From the IMG/VR virus record IMGVR_UViG_3300046656_000719, positions 1 to 63,939 of that record: DNA of 63,939 nucleotides. One strand, 5' to 3'. Numbering within the stretch: position 1 is the stretch's first letter; each line of letters begins with the position of its first letter. Both the position numbers and the translations under genes were made by a program. The stretch comes from a virus (taxonomy: Duplodnaviria; Caudoviricetes). Below the pieces are notes generated by a model. The model did not search any database. It saw nothing but the letters and a program-made list of their open reading frames with translations, and was not told where the DNA came from. Positions 35,901 to 44,052 of this stretch are shown here, one piece after another.

Positions 35901-38900
35901 TCCTTCTTCTTGTAGATCACCTTGTCGCCCGCGGCGAAGATCCCGGCCGGGCGGGAAACTACCGGCGCAGCAGGAGCCGCAGCAGCGACAGGAGCAGCAG
36001 GGGGCTTAGCAGCAGCACCACGAACACGACGAGTTGGAGCAGCCGCAGTAGCAGGCGCGACGGGCGCGGGCGCAGGGGCGACGGTGGTGGGTGGCGCATG
36101 GTCCGAGGCTTCGGAGAGGAGATCGGTCGCGTAATTGGCGATCTCGGTGGCGAGCGAGCCCTTGTAGGGCGCGCCCTCGCGCGGGTTGCCCCCGAGCATG
36201 ACATGCAGCACGTTCTTGACGCTGTCCCAGAAGGCGGAAAGCTCGTGGGTGAGCGCCGTCTTCTTCGCCGGGGCCATGTCGGACTCGGCAATCTGGGCGA
36301 GCGCGTCACCGAAGCCGCGGTGTGTCAGCGCGTAGGAGACGAGTTCACCGACTTGATTCGTCGTGACTTTCGTACCGCGGACCCGCTGGCCACCTTCCTT
36401 GCCGCCCTTGGTGTCCTTGATGGCCGCCAGCACGGCAGCGAAGTCGCCCCCGACGTCCTTCGCAGTGTAGGTGCCGTCCAGTAACCGGTCAGCGATCAGG
36501 GCGAGCTTCACCACCGCTTGGTGATCGGGGTGGGTGTTGATGTACCACTGCAGCGCCGCGTGCAGCGCCTCGTGCATGACCGTCTCGGGCGTGGCACCGA
36601 CCTCTTTCCCGCCGACCAGCTTCTTCCCGACCTTGGTCCCGCCGACCGTCTCCGGGTGCGGGAGGTAAATCGTCTGGGTGCCCGCGTGGTAGAAGCCGTG
36701 CACCGTCTTCCCGGTCATGTCCTTGCCGGGGTTCAACTTTTCGCTGATCTCGCGCAACTCGGCCTGCGTGCCGAACTGGACCTTGGGCACCTTGTCGCCC
36801 TGCTTGGAGAACACCCGGTGGAGCGCGCCAGCGAGGAGCTTCTCCATGCCGGTACCGTGCTGCATCGTACGCGCCAAGATCCCTTGAATGCCGTAGTAGG
36901 TCTCGCCCCGGCCGAACAGAGTGTGGCCCTTCACCGCGGCCCGGTAGAGCGGCTCCTCGGTCACCTTGCCCTTCATGCGCCGCCGGGCTTCCAAGGAGGC
37001 GCGCGTGGTGCGCCCGCGAATGACGCCCAGCCGGGGGCTGCCACCGAAGGCACCGTCCTTGAACATGGCCCACGGCACGCTGAAATTCACATCCGCGGAG
37101 GTCTCGCGTTTTGCCTGTTCTTCTTCCTTGGTCAAAGGCTTGAGGTGGATTGCCTTCGCCCGCGCAGCGATGCTGTCGACCGTCTTTTCGCCAACCTCGG
37201 ACTCCAGCTGCAACAGGGTCGCCTGCAGTTCGCTCCGCAGATCGCGCAACTCCCCAGACACCACATCGACCACCGGCTGCCCCGCGTTGGGGTTGCCCGT
37301 CTTGCCGGACTTGAACAACCGGGTGAGCAAGCCCTTCTTGGACGGGCCGAGGTTCTCCTGCAACCCGGGGGGTACTGCGACCCTCTGCTGCTCCCCCTTC
37401 TTCCCCTTCAACTCGGTGTTCTTGACGCCGGGGATAATCGCGCCTTCCTTGGCGGCTATCTCCTTGTACAAATCCTGCACGCGCCGAGTCAGATCCCCGA
37501 TGCTCTGGATGCGCGCGGCCTGCGCGGGCTCCAGCTTCACCCGCTGGCCCTTCTCGTTGCGGATGTCCACCTTGGCACCACGACCCAGCGCAAAGCGCGC
37601 CAGAGCCCGCGTAATGCGCGCAGGCAGCGAGATCCTCCCCTTGGTCTCCCCAACGTGCGAGGCGACCGCTGCGTTCATCGTGGCGTCTTTAACCGCGTTC
37701 TTTTCGGTCTCGGCTTCCTCCGCCACATCCGCAGCCGAGGGGGGCAGGTTGCGGATCTCGCGCGCCCCCTTGGTGGAGACCGGGCTCACGTAGCCGTCCT
37801 TCTCCATGCGGTCGACCAGCGCCTTGGCCGCGGCATAGCCGATCTTCAGCCCCTTCTGGACGTCGCCTATCTTGGCCGTCCCGGCCGCGCGCACGATCTC
37901 GATGGCCTGCTCGTAGGGGTCGGTGGGGGCTACCGTCCCCGGCTGCTGCTCCCCTTGAACCCCTGCACCTTGGGCAGGAACGGCTTGTTTCTTTTCGGGG
38001 GTGACCGCCCCGACTCCGGCTTCAGCCCCGGAAACTTGCCCGGTCCCTTGGCTCCCCGTACGTACGGCTTCACCGCCACGACCTTTGCCATAAGCGTTCT
38101 CCTGTATTGCTGCGTTGAGACGACGTTGAATCTCGATGTGCGAGGTGCGGCTGGTGATCCCGTTCACGAGCGTCTCGTGCTGCTCGGGGGTGATGTGCCC
38201 CTGAGCCGCGGCGGACCCCACTGCGATCAGCGCCTCGTGCTTGTTGCGGAAGATGGAGTCCGTGTCGGCCGCGGCGGCAGCGGGGGCTGCTGGCTCCGCG
38301 GCCCTGCGGCCGGGCTGCGTCTCGACCTGCCGCATCCCGGTACCGGCGAGGATCTGTCGCGACTCCATCCGCGCCGGGTCCGTCTCGACCTGCTGCATCC
38401 CGCTGTCGGCGAGAGCCTGCTCCACCGGGGACAGCCGCGGTGCGACGGGCGTGGGTTGCTCCGACGCGAGGTCCGCAGGGGGTGTCCACACGTTCTGGGC
38501 AGCCGGGGACATGAGCCCGCCCCCGCCGCCGAGGAGAGCCGCTTGCCCCCCGGTGCCCGGCCCCGGTGCTGCAGGCGGCATGCCGGTGGGAGCGGGGCTG
38601 AGCAGCGCCGCGGGCGCGCCGGGCTGCGCCATCGGCGGCTGGCCCGTGGGCAGCGCAGGTGGCCCCATGAAGCTCGGGTCGACCGGCTGCTCCGCCATGT
38701 ATTGATTGACGTCCCGGGTCTCCATCGCACCGAGGAGGTCGGTCGGCCTGCTGGGGTCGATGTAGGGCGCAAGCACAGTGCGCACATCGGCGTGCTTCAG
38801 GCCGCGCCGGGCCGCGTGCGGGATGCCGATAGTGCCGCCCAGCGCGCCCACGACGCCGCCGAACGCGGTCTCCTCTATGTTCGCCCGCGTGGTGGGGTCG

Positions 38901-39682
38901 CGGTAGCCGGACAACTGCTCAACGGGATTCTGCGCGAGTTCCTCCAACCCCTCGCCGCCCACCGTCTTTCCGGCCTCTTTCAACGCCGTGCGCACCGGCG
39001 TCGCACCGAACGCGCGGACCGCGTCGCGCTCGGTCTCGCGCGCGGCCGCTGCTATCTCCCCTTTGGTGGCACCGAGCTTGAGCAGTTTCTGCAGGCCGAA
39101 CCGGTTCTCCATCCAGCCCACGATCCCCGAGCCAGCCCCGGCAACGAGCGGGTCGTACCACTCGTCGCTTCCGCTCTTTCTCTGGTCCTCCCGTATGCCC
39201 GCGTAGGAAGGAAGACCAGCCAGCACCGTCTGTCCCGCCGCCCCCTGCAGCGCCGCCCCGGTGCGCAGCGCGCCCGCCAGCTTCAGCCCGCCCCCAGCAA
39301 GCCCACCCGCGGCCTGCTGACCAACAAAGCTCACCGCAGTGCCGATGCCCAAGCCCAGCGCAGCCGTGGGGTAATTGGCGACGTCGTCCAGCGAGTTGAT
39401 GGCCGAGGGGTTGCGCTCGATCACGCCCTTCGCGTGACGCTGGATGAAGTTGTCCTTCCAGCCCAGATCGGAGGCAATCTCGCCAACCGAAAGCTCGGTC
39501 TGGCCGAGGCCACGCGGGATCGCGTTGCTGAACTCGCGCGAGAACGAGGGGGCCTCGATGCCGAAATAAGTACCGATCTCCTCGGGGTCTATCTTGTTAG
39601 TCTTCGCCAGACTCTCGACGATGGCCCAGTCGCCCGTCCCCTTCGGGAAGAGCGACCGATATTTGTCGAAGGGATCGTTCAC
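29981..39682 (-). CDS. Giant (3233 aa) polyvalent internal virion/ejection protein
   Basis: Last of the ejection-gene cluster; FtsK-gamma-like region, GHKL ATPase, three HExxH motifs, C-terminus typical of large polyvalent proteins. Confidence 0.85.
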   Translation of the reverse strand: MNDPFDKYRSLFPKGTGDWAIVESLAKTNKIDPEEIGTYFGIEAPSFSREFSNAIPRGLGQTELSVGEIASDLGWKDNFIQRHAKGVIERNPSAINSLDDVANYPTAALGLGIGTAVSFVGQQAAGGLAGGGLKLAGALRTGAALQGAAGQTVLAGLPSYAGIREDQRKSGSDEWYDPLVAGAGSGIVGWMENRFGLQKLLKLGATKGEIAAAARETERDAVRAFGATPVRTALKEAGKTVGGEGLEELAQNPVEQLSGYRDPTTRANIEETAFGGVVGALGGTIGIPHAARRGLKHADVRTVLAPYIDPSRPTDLLGAMETRDVNQYMAEQPVDPSFMGPPALPTGQPPMAQPGAPAALLSPAPTGMPPAAPGPGTGGQAALLGGGGGLMSPAAQNVWTPPADLASEQPTPVAPRLSPVEQALADSGMQQVETDPARMESRQILAGTGMRQVETQPGRRAAEPAAPAAAAADTDSIFRNKHEALIAVGSAAAQGHITPEQHETLVNGITSRTSHIEIQRRLNAAIQENAYGKGRGGEAVRTGSQGTGQVSGAEAGVGAVTPEKKQAVPAQGAGVQGEQQPGTVAPTDPYEQAIEIVRAAGTAKIGDVQKGLKIGYAAAKALVDRMEKDGYVSPVSTKGAREIRNLPPSAADVAEEAETEKNAVKDATMNAAVASHVGETKGRISLPARITRALARFALGRGAKVDIRNEKGQRVKLEPAQAARIQSIGDLTRRVQDLYKEIAAKEGAIIPGVKNTELKGKKGEQQRVAVPPGLQENLGPSKKGLLTRLFKSGKTGNPNAGQPVVDVVSGELRDLRSELQATLLQLESEVGEKTVDSIAARAKAIHLKPLTKEEEQAKRETSADVNFSVPWAMFKDGAFGGSPRLGVIRGRTTRASLEARRRMKGKVTEEPLYRAAVKGHTLFGRGETYYGIQGILARTMQHGTGMEKLLAGALHRVFSKQGDKVPKVQFGTQAELREISEKLNPGKDMTGKTVHGFYHAGTQTIYLPHPETVGGTKVGKKLVGGKEVGATPETVMHEALHAALQWYINTHPDHQAVVKLALIADRLLDGTYTAKDVGGDFAAVLAAIKDTKGGKEGGQRVRGTKVTTNQVGELVSYALTHRGFGDALAQIAESDMAPAKKTALTHELSAFWDSVKNVLHVMLGGNPREGAPYKGSLATEIANYATDLLSEASDHAPPTTVAPAPAPVAPATAAAPTRRVRGAAAKPPAAPVAAAAPAAPVVSRPAGIFAAGDKVIYKKKEYEVTGVPRSGGVVLKGEGKSGLTVRDLTEVKHAEPPQYADVEDTGGQDLTLGMGMEQAAMMAMFQQSMYGNVEKAGHVAVKELFQNAADAMKGAIEKGNIESGKIKVDIDYLDRTITVRDDGVGMTFEVVRDAFFKVAGTHKETSRPSGGFGVAKVQFMSAAQTLHLETVRDGVKIVVDTTGADIAKSAAGGPSLPAEQIKRFKTDDPNGTTVIIKLPEKHLNSEGKMVSVEMPGTYRPPKSIRNSPLFENIGVDYAGEEVPIGKSFPADDFVPIATVNFSAWGTARVMISREQRPGVREAHVLSNGVWQFDADIKIPGTDLYAENIPYEVYINLEPTVKAQSPGYPLAQNRQDFSPAAKEDMARLLKFVAQKYGHETLLEDLEGYGHLKSVDAAGTITEEQRLTPPPTTQQKSQGLDIPKGAKVEVRDGKLYVAGKVIPELTKAQMVAFKPADLSEFKIDQKNLDPDKILIHESMQVQDDAGEWVSPTEYGTAKFGDRFGKYLRDVGGVMQQVRSFLVDKIPTFEDLQDVPTGLMLSYSPNSTTFGMFSYVPFQSMMLNPMAAHPQFGDLSNPYDVAEGMISTLVHEATHLNAPNHSTNDFIPKMQQLFVKIATTDPQAITGWTQALTDVLGENGDIFDHFNTLLENPDRVRPFGRSLKGEGQRTERPNAQERVSGRAREERAGPAQAADLVGNEPAVRAPVQSAAEGSRADTGRNRGGERAGENREAGAEEDLTEPPLYAETTSDGKPITEADLEPPGSRALMGIAAALAQQPARRMVQPGIVLGRAKPVPAFIMKSRVARDVENVLRGNGLPNSGGAEALKRALDMIAASGPQEVRALARRISGLLPDSGIILRIDDVSTPRKHGEVRLFRRPQMTLYTAGGRQGLSHEVVMHEALHAIVAARYRTLSLGVVRAGDEMMGTPEPAAARKLEQFEQVFIEFRDSLPSNWEQDPTISSSLKDAFRATEDRDEFFAWALTDPALQEYLASIEYKGTTLWDRFKNWITTTLLGRVGVAPSWLDAALMANNELLGVMRKDAPDFTRLEESNRINAAEKRNAGRGGQAEALSDTGTVAQENEPPMYATAVSNGGAINKRDQDYTATAPTKPWLEDIFRMALGPLYSKTNPTLMNAIDEMGRAFKREIQTRSPYLASKLGLVYAPFNVSPALERLVQTFKKQRHGPTTVANEFGRWLADAPPAKIMEAFDYMDDPAQPSKLEPYIKRWVKDARDALEDALQKSSPAVRAQFDGLLPSERLTQAVQADMVLSTGFGIQGEKVIAAKPLSVVQAIIETSMTRRTGKYYPVWKTGVNGKPELQKMIHEDNLSASSESPDLTTPYIDIGPDQKGTKAAGEPMKRMRPITTVKALLAGAKPGDEASERKAAEAIAHSYVNTVSLMANSVAARQLTKDMAEKGKALGVVFDDDAALLKHLNERLHARGLPRNKLEVNVIQASTQEAKSARMTAAMRMPGNWVQVPLSRAYGDLAGKIVEGPLWSRIHDAMAAEPMLNWQFYNNAVTAFKKSKTVYNPATIATNIMSNFTLAFMNNISYNAVTRGLLLYGRYKIAPGSLSPDELDVMSEFHKSGATLGDFSVTEIKKMMYDAMAEQTEMGGSGVGFLNDLAKFTRYQNSITQKAVQYAKRKGKSIDEVMSEIYATTDNMFRLAAFISKMGELQRTEPGWTHEQRVDEAGTYAKKAFLDYDIDSRAVKALRQTIFPFLSWPYAFAGVMGSIAKNQPWKLATLAAAYTLVSTALSAAMGGDDDEDRKRRAREKKDSTTWFGAYKETYLGKWGGKHLYFDTARWFSPTPIEFKEQPNGFMGWHSWPSALTPGNPAVSMMLTGFGYDPYTGKPLDKDTDAAFTKLTNRVSKAVGTMTPTWAGERLMGPKPGLLGHEPSTAAHYTRLLAAPVTAIDEQESRKGTELEIERTKRAFDTEISNARRDSRLGKRPYAEAAETMQALRQRKAERIKELRERL
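33694..33891 (-). CDS. Nested alternative-frame gene (65 aa) inside the giant protein gene
   Basis: GGAG-N7-ATG; GC3-rich codons in this frame while the host frame loses its GC3 bias. Confidence 0.65.
   Translation of the reverse strand: MPKNEYLAALAKSVPDPHKQLIWLGTSLQFARQFKAPPKDLALIQDAIEEAKGQVKTVKPEPKKT
37930..38091 (-). CDS. Nested alternative-frame gene (53 aa, very basic) inside the giant protein gene
   Basis: AGGAG-N7-ATG; MAKVVAVKPYVRGAKGPGKFPGLKPESGRSPPKRNKPFLPKVQGFKGSSSRGR. Confidence 0.6.
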   Translation of the reverse strand: MAKVVAVKPYVRGAKGPGKFPGLKPESGRSPPKRNKPFLPKVQGFKGSSSRGR

Positions 39683-39685
39683 GAT

Positions 39686-41254
39686 CTAGCGCCCCATCAC
39701 GCCGTAACGGGGGTCGAAGTACCGTCGGGCATCGCTGGGATCACCGCCGAGCGGCGTTCCCGGTCGGGAAGAAAGCCAACTGGCCACTCCCGCACGGTCA
39801 GCCTCTACCTGCGCGGGCGAATCAAGCATCGGCGAACGCGCCGTGTGCGGGTCTTGCGTCGCAGGACGCCCGGTTCTGCCAGCCTTGGCAGGTGGAGGTT
39901 TAGTAGCATCCGGGTCAACTTCGAGATTCAGCATGGAGTTGCCGCCGCCACCGCCACCCTTGGCACCAGCGGGAAAATCCAATCCGGCAGCCGTGTACGC
40001 CGCTGCCCGCTTAGCTGGCGTATTCGCCGCCTGAAACTGCGGCGATTGCTCCAACAGCGCCCGTGCTTCCATGAGTGCCTTAGCTTCGTTCGGCCCCCAG
40101 TTGCGCCCCGGTGCCCGCAGCTGCGGAAACGCCTTGGGCGGCTGCCCGTTCGCCATCGAGACGGTGTTGCCGAGCACGTGCAGCTGGAGGCCAACCTTCT
40201 CGATCTCCTTCGCATTGGTCTCGGGGTCCGCCATCAGATCCGAGAGCTTGGTCTCCAGCGCGGTGAATTGCGTCTTCTGGTCGGGGCTCATGACGAGCTT
40301 CTTGTTCCCCGCAATGATGCTGGCGTACTGCAGGTGCGCCTTGGTCTGCGCCGCAAGCTCTTCCATCTTGTTCTTGTGCGTGATGTCGAGCTTGTACTGC
40401 TCCTTCGCCAGCGAGTCGATGTTGCCGAGGATCTGTTGGCGTCCGCCTTCGGCCCACGACTTGTACGGCGCACCCAGCGGCACCGTGGTGCCGTCTTCCT
40501 TGACCTGAACCATCTGGCGCATGCCGTTCTTCTCGATCACCTTCGCCTTGGAGCCGTCCTTGAAGTTGTCGTTGTAGTGCGCGATAGCCGAGTCTTCGGA
40601 CTTGCCCGCCGTCCACCATTGCTCCTCGCGCTTGGCGACCTCGTTGGCGTGAGTCTTGCTGATCACCTCCTGCTCGGCACCGGCGGTCTGCACCTCCGTC
40701 AGCTTGCGCTTCCCCGGCTGGGCCTCGATCTCGCCCTTCAGCTGCTCGCGCTGAAGCTCCTGCGTATCGAGGAGACCATAGGCGGCGGCGTCGGAAGCCT
40801 TGCCGTACTCCCGGGCGACCTGCATCTGGCGCTTGGTCATGCCCTTGTCCCAGTCCGCAGCGAGCCCGCGCGCGGGCTCGGGGCCAATATCGTAGCTCGC
40901 CTGCCCCAAGGTGGCCCCGCCCTTTGCCCGCGCCTCCTGATAGCGCGTCGGTGCCTCGCCAACGGTGTAGCCCGCCCGGGCATAGACGTCCCCCGCGCCC
41001 TTATCCACCGCCTCCTGCGGGATGTAAAACGGCTTCGCCCCCTCTCCCGCTGGGGTCACCATCAACCCCGTTTGCTCAGTAAGTTCGGATGGCGCAGCGG
41101 CCTCCCGCTGCTTGCCCCGATAGTCGATCTCGCGGGCACGCTCACTCTGCAGAAACTCCTGATTCTCGGCGTCGATCTTCGCCTGATACGCCCGCGCCGC
41201 CGACTGCGATCCAGCCTGCAGCCCCGAAGCAAACCCACCGCCGAAACCGCGCAT
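39686..41254 (-). CDS. Internal virion/ejection protein
   Basis: MRGFGGGFASGLQAG N-terminus; helical; upstream of the giant gene; GGAGG RBS. Confidence 0.7.
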   Translation of the reverse strand: MRGFGGGFASGLQAGSQSAARAYQAKIDAENQEFLQSERAREIDYRGKQREAAAPSELTEQTGLMVTPAGEGAKPFYIPQEAVDKGAGDVYARAGYTVGEAPTRYQEARAKGGATLGQASYDIGPEPARGLAADWDKGMTKRQMQVAREYGKASDAAAYGLLDTQELQREQLKGEIEAQPGKRKLTEVQTAGAEQEVISKTHANEVAKREEQWWTAGKSEDSAIAHYNDNFKDGSKAKVIEKNGMRQMVQVKEDGTTVPLGAPYKSWAEGGRQQILGNIDSLAKEQYKLDITHKNKMEELAAQTKAHLQYASIIAGNKKLVMSPDQKTQFTALETKLSDLMADPETNAKEIEKVGLQLHVLGNTVSMANGQPPKAFPQLRAPGRNWGPNEAKALMEARALLEQSPQFQAANTPAKRAAAYTAAGLDFPAGAKGGGGGGNSMLNLEVDPDATKPPPAKAGRTGRPATQDPHTARSPMLDSPAQVEADRAGVASWLSSRPGTPLGGDPSDARRYFDPRYGVMGR

Positions 41255-41256
41255 GG

Positions 41257-42639
41257 CTATACCTCCGCTTTCGTCAGCGCGTCTTTAACCGCGCCCGTGA
41301 TGAGCTTCATCCGGCGGCTCCACTCTTCGAAGAGCACCGGGTGCTCCGCCTTGAGGTAGGGGCCGTGGCCCTCGTCCCAGTAGGCGGTGCAGTGCATGCA
41401 GTCGACCGAGTGGTTCCCCCCGTGCTTGTAGAAATCGGGAAGCTCCACGCCCTGCTCTGCCAAGTAGGCGCGCACCTGCGCCCCGGTCCAATCGAAGATC
41501 GGAAATTGTAGCTCGACGCCGTTCAAATCCACGTAGCCGCTCAGCAGCCCCGTTTTGTCGTCTTCGTCATGGCGCTTGCCGCGGATGATGCAGGTCGCCC
41601 CGTCGGCCAGCATCTGCTCGTACATCGGCAGCATCATGGAGCGCACGCAGCAGTCGTAGCGGCCCTGAATCTTGAACGGCGTGGGGCCGTGCGCCGCGTT
41701 GCTGAACGTGGTATAGCGGTGGGGCACGATGTCAGAAGGCCAGCCATCGCGCGCGGTGACCTCCGGCTGGCGGCCCTGTAGCTCCTTGAAGGCGGGCACC
41801 AATGCGCGGATCTTTGCCATCATCGCGCGCGTCTCGGGAAACGTGTCCCCGGAGTTCAACCAGTAGACGGTGAGGCGCTCCCAGAACGGCCGCAGCAGGT
41901 AAAGGCACGCGAGCGAGTCCTTGCCGCCCGAGAGCGAGAGAGCCACCTTGCGATGCGCATGCCGGGCGAATATCTTGTGCAGGCTGCTCGGCGCGGAGAG
42001 CGTGCGCTGAAACACCCATACGCGCGCCTCAGTCCCCGCCAGCATGGGCCGGGAGCCCGGATAGACCCGCTCCATGTAGTGGTCGACCACTTCCGGCGCG
42101 CAGCAGAACGTAAGGGCCAAACCCAGCTGACGCGCGCTTTCGATGAAGAGGTCGTGCCGGATCGCGCACGCGTGAAGCGGAGCCAGTGCGTTGTCGTCGC
42201 CCGTTACGCGGTTGAGGTCCGACACAAGGAGGGTCGCGCCCGGCTTGAGCACGCGCGCGGCCTCGGCGAGCAGCATGACATGGTCGCCGTTGGCGAAGGA
42301 GTTGAACGCCACCACGCCGTCCACGGAGGCGTCTTCCAGCGGTAAATCATGCATGTCACAGAGGAGCTTGTTCCCCACCGTGACGTAGCGATGCTGCGCG
42401 GCGCTCGCGTTGACCAGCACCCACTTCAGATCGGGCCGGTCGAATTCCGCGAGGCGCTGCACCTCGCCGTAGCCGGAGCCGAGATCAATAACGACCGCGC
42501 CCACCGGGAAGTCGGCCATCCCGAGAAGCCACTCCACGTGCGCCCGGTCGGTCGGCGCGAAGCGGTGCACCTGCAGGAGCCGGATGCCCGACTCGAACGT
42601 GGCCGCCGCCGTTGCGTCGATTTTCTCGATGAGGTTCAT
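41257..42639 (-). CDS. Class I SAM methyltransferase fused to a PAPS/APS-reductase-family (PP-loop) domain
   Basis: IDLGSGYG, CDMHDLP, ARVLKPG; then SLSGGKDS, DCC, GKRHDE, PIFDW, DCMHC. Confidence 0.85.
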   Translation of the reverse strand: MNLIEKIDATAAATFESGIRLLQVHRFAPTDRAHVEWLLGMADFPVGAVVIDLGSGYGEVQRLAEFDRPDLKWVLVNASAAQHRYVTVGNKLLCDMHDLPLEDASVDGVVAFNSFANGDHVMLLAEAARVLKPGATLLVSDLNRVTGDDNALAPLHACAIRHDLFIESARQLGLALTFCCAPEVVDHYMERVYPGSRPMLAGTEARVWVFQRTLSAPSSLHKIFARHAHRKVALSLSGGKDSLACLYLLRPFWERLTVYWLNSGDTFPETRAMMAKIRALVPAFKELQGRQPEVTARDGWPSDIVPHRYTTFSNAAHGPTPFKIQGRYDCCVRSMMLPMYEQMLADGATCIIRGKRHDEDDKTGLLSGYVDLNGVELQFPIFDWTGAQVRAYLAEQGVELPDFYKHGGNHSVDCMHCTAYWDEGHGPYLKAEHPVLFEEWSRRMKLITGAVKDALTKAEV

Positions 42640-43637
42640 ACCGCGAAAGCCATCATGCCCGCGCCAGCGAGAGAGCCTAGCATCTGGCCGGTCCCCGCGC
42701 CTTCGGCCGCGCTCACCTGCAGCCCCTGACCGTAGAGGTTCGACTGCGAGTTGAGGATCTGCCCCAGCCCCTGCAGGCGCTGCCCCTGCCCAGTTTGCGT
42801 CATGCCCGCGCCCTGCGCCATGCCGCCCATCAACGCCTGCCCGGGGGCGGCGTTACCCGCCATAGCGGAATTGCCCGAGCCCAGCGCCAGTCCATACGCG
42901 CCCTGCGACGCACCCGGCATGCCGCGGTAGAGCCCGGCGACGTCCATCTTACGCGCCCAGCCGATGGCGTCATCCTGCTGGCGCATACCGCGCCGCGCCG
43001 TCAGCATCTGGCGCGCGTTGGCGACCGCGCCCGTGCGCGCGGCGTTGGCGGCGGTCGCGACACCCAGACCGCTGGTGACCGCGCCGGAGCCGAACTTCGC
43101 CGCCATCGCCTCCGGGCTGTAGCCGTAGCGCAGCCCTTGGCGAATCAGCTGCTGCATCTGCTGCGTCGTGCCCTGCCGTGCATCCCCGACAGCGGTGCCG
43201 ACCTGCTGGCGGATATCATCGCCGTAGCGCCCGGCCTCGATGTCAGCTTGGGAACCGGTGATGGCGTCGCGCTCGGCCAAGTCGCGTGCGGTGTAATCTT
43301 TCATCGACTCGGCGTTCAACGCGTCCTCCACCGGCCGCCCGCGCTTGCCGTACTCGTAGTAATCCTTGCCCTGCGCCAGCGACTCGTCCATCAATCCCTT
43401 CTGGGCATCGACGATAGGCTTGGCATAGGCGACGTTCTGGTCGTACTGTCGCTTCGCCTCGGTCAGCTGCTCCCGACCCAGCGCCGCGCCGATCTCGGCA
43501 GCTTCCTTGGAGGCCGCCGCCATCGGCGTGTAGTCGGGCGGCGGAGGAGAAGACCCCTTACCGCCACCGCCGCAAAACTCGGGGCAGATCGGCTCCCCTA
43601 ACGCCTCAAGCTGCTTTCGCGACCATTCGGTTCGCAT
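42636..43637 (-). CDS. Internal virion (pilot/ejection) protein
   Basis: CGGGGKGSSPPPP motif; Gly/Ala/Gln-rich; follows the GNAT gene. Confidence 0.7.
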   Translation of the reverse strand: MRTEWSRKQLEALGEPICPEFCGGGGKGSSPPPPDYTPMAAASKEAAEIGAALGREQLTEAKRQYDQNVAYAKPIVDAQKGLMDESLAQGKDYYEYGKRGRPVEDALNAESMKDYTARDLAERDAITGSQADIEAGRYGDDIRQQVGTAVGDARQGTTQQMQQLIRQGLRYGYSPEAMAAKFGSGAVTSGLGVATAANAARTGAVANARQMLTARRGMRQQDDAIGWARKMDVAGLYRGMPGASQGAYGLALGSGNSAMAGNAAPGQALMGGMAQGAGMTQTGQGQRLQGLGQILNSQSNLYGQGLQVSAAEGAGTGQMLGSLAGAGMMAFAV

Positions 43638-44052
43638 ACCGTTCTCCGAGTGCGAGGAATCGACAGTTCTCCCGCCTCATTACATAGATGATGGCATCGC
43701 CATCGGGAAAGTAGTCCTTGAGCATAGCCTCGCCCTGAAACCCGAGACGCCCGTTAATCTCCTGCGCATGCGCATTGCCGGTCGACACCAGCCCGCGCAC
43801 GCACGTGACGCCTAGCTGATTGAACGGGTAGTCGAAAATCATCCAATAGAACCGGCGCGACGTAGCCTTCGGGTCATCACAGCGCGAGTGGATGATGATG
43901 TTCGAGCCGGTGTAGCTGTCGTAGGTCACACCGACCACCAGTTCACCGTCACGCTCGATGGCGATGCCCGCGCTGCCGGGCACGTAGTGCCCGCCCGCGC
44001 GCTCGTGCACCCACGGGCCGATGCGCTCACCATCGAATACGAACTGTTTCAT
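43606..44052 (-). CDS. GNAT-family acetyltransferase (virion-module type)
   Basis: IFDYPFNQLG...NAHAQ...RLGF.GE. Confidence 0.75.
   Translation of the reverse strand: MKQFVFDGERIGPWVHERAGGHYVPGSAGIAIERDGELVVGVTYDSYTGSNIIIHSRCDDPKATSRRFYWMIFDYPFNQLGVTCVRGLVSTGNAHAQEINGRLGFQGEAMLKDYFPDGDAIIYVMRRENCRFLALGERYANRMVAKAA

Noticed and set aside
35959-36099. Leu-rich alternative-frame peptide (RLLLRLLQLVVFVVLLL...) in the giant gene as a third nested or lysis gene
   Set aside because: No RBS before ATG 36099; GCT/CCT Ala-Pro linkers read as Leu in the shifted frame. Not excluded, but unsupported
36518-41359. 1613-aa + strand ORF, and other long antisense ORFs (33041-35467, 58861-61086, 6044-7315, 25030-26346)
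   Set aside because: Shadow frames of GC3-biased genes on the opposite strand; no RBS or recognisable motifs
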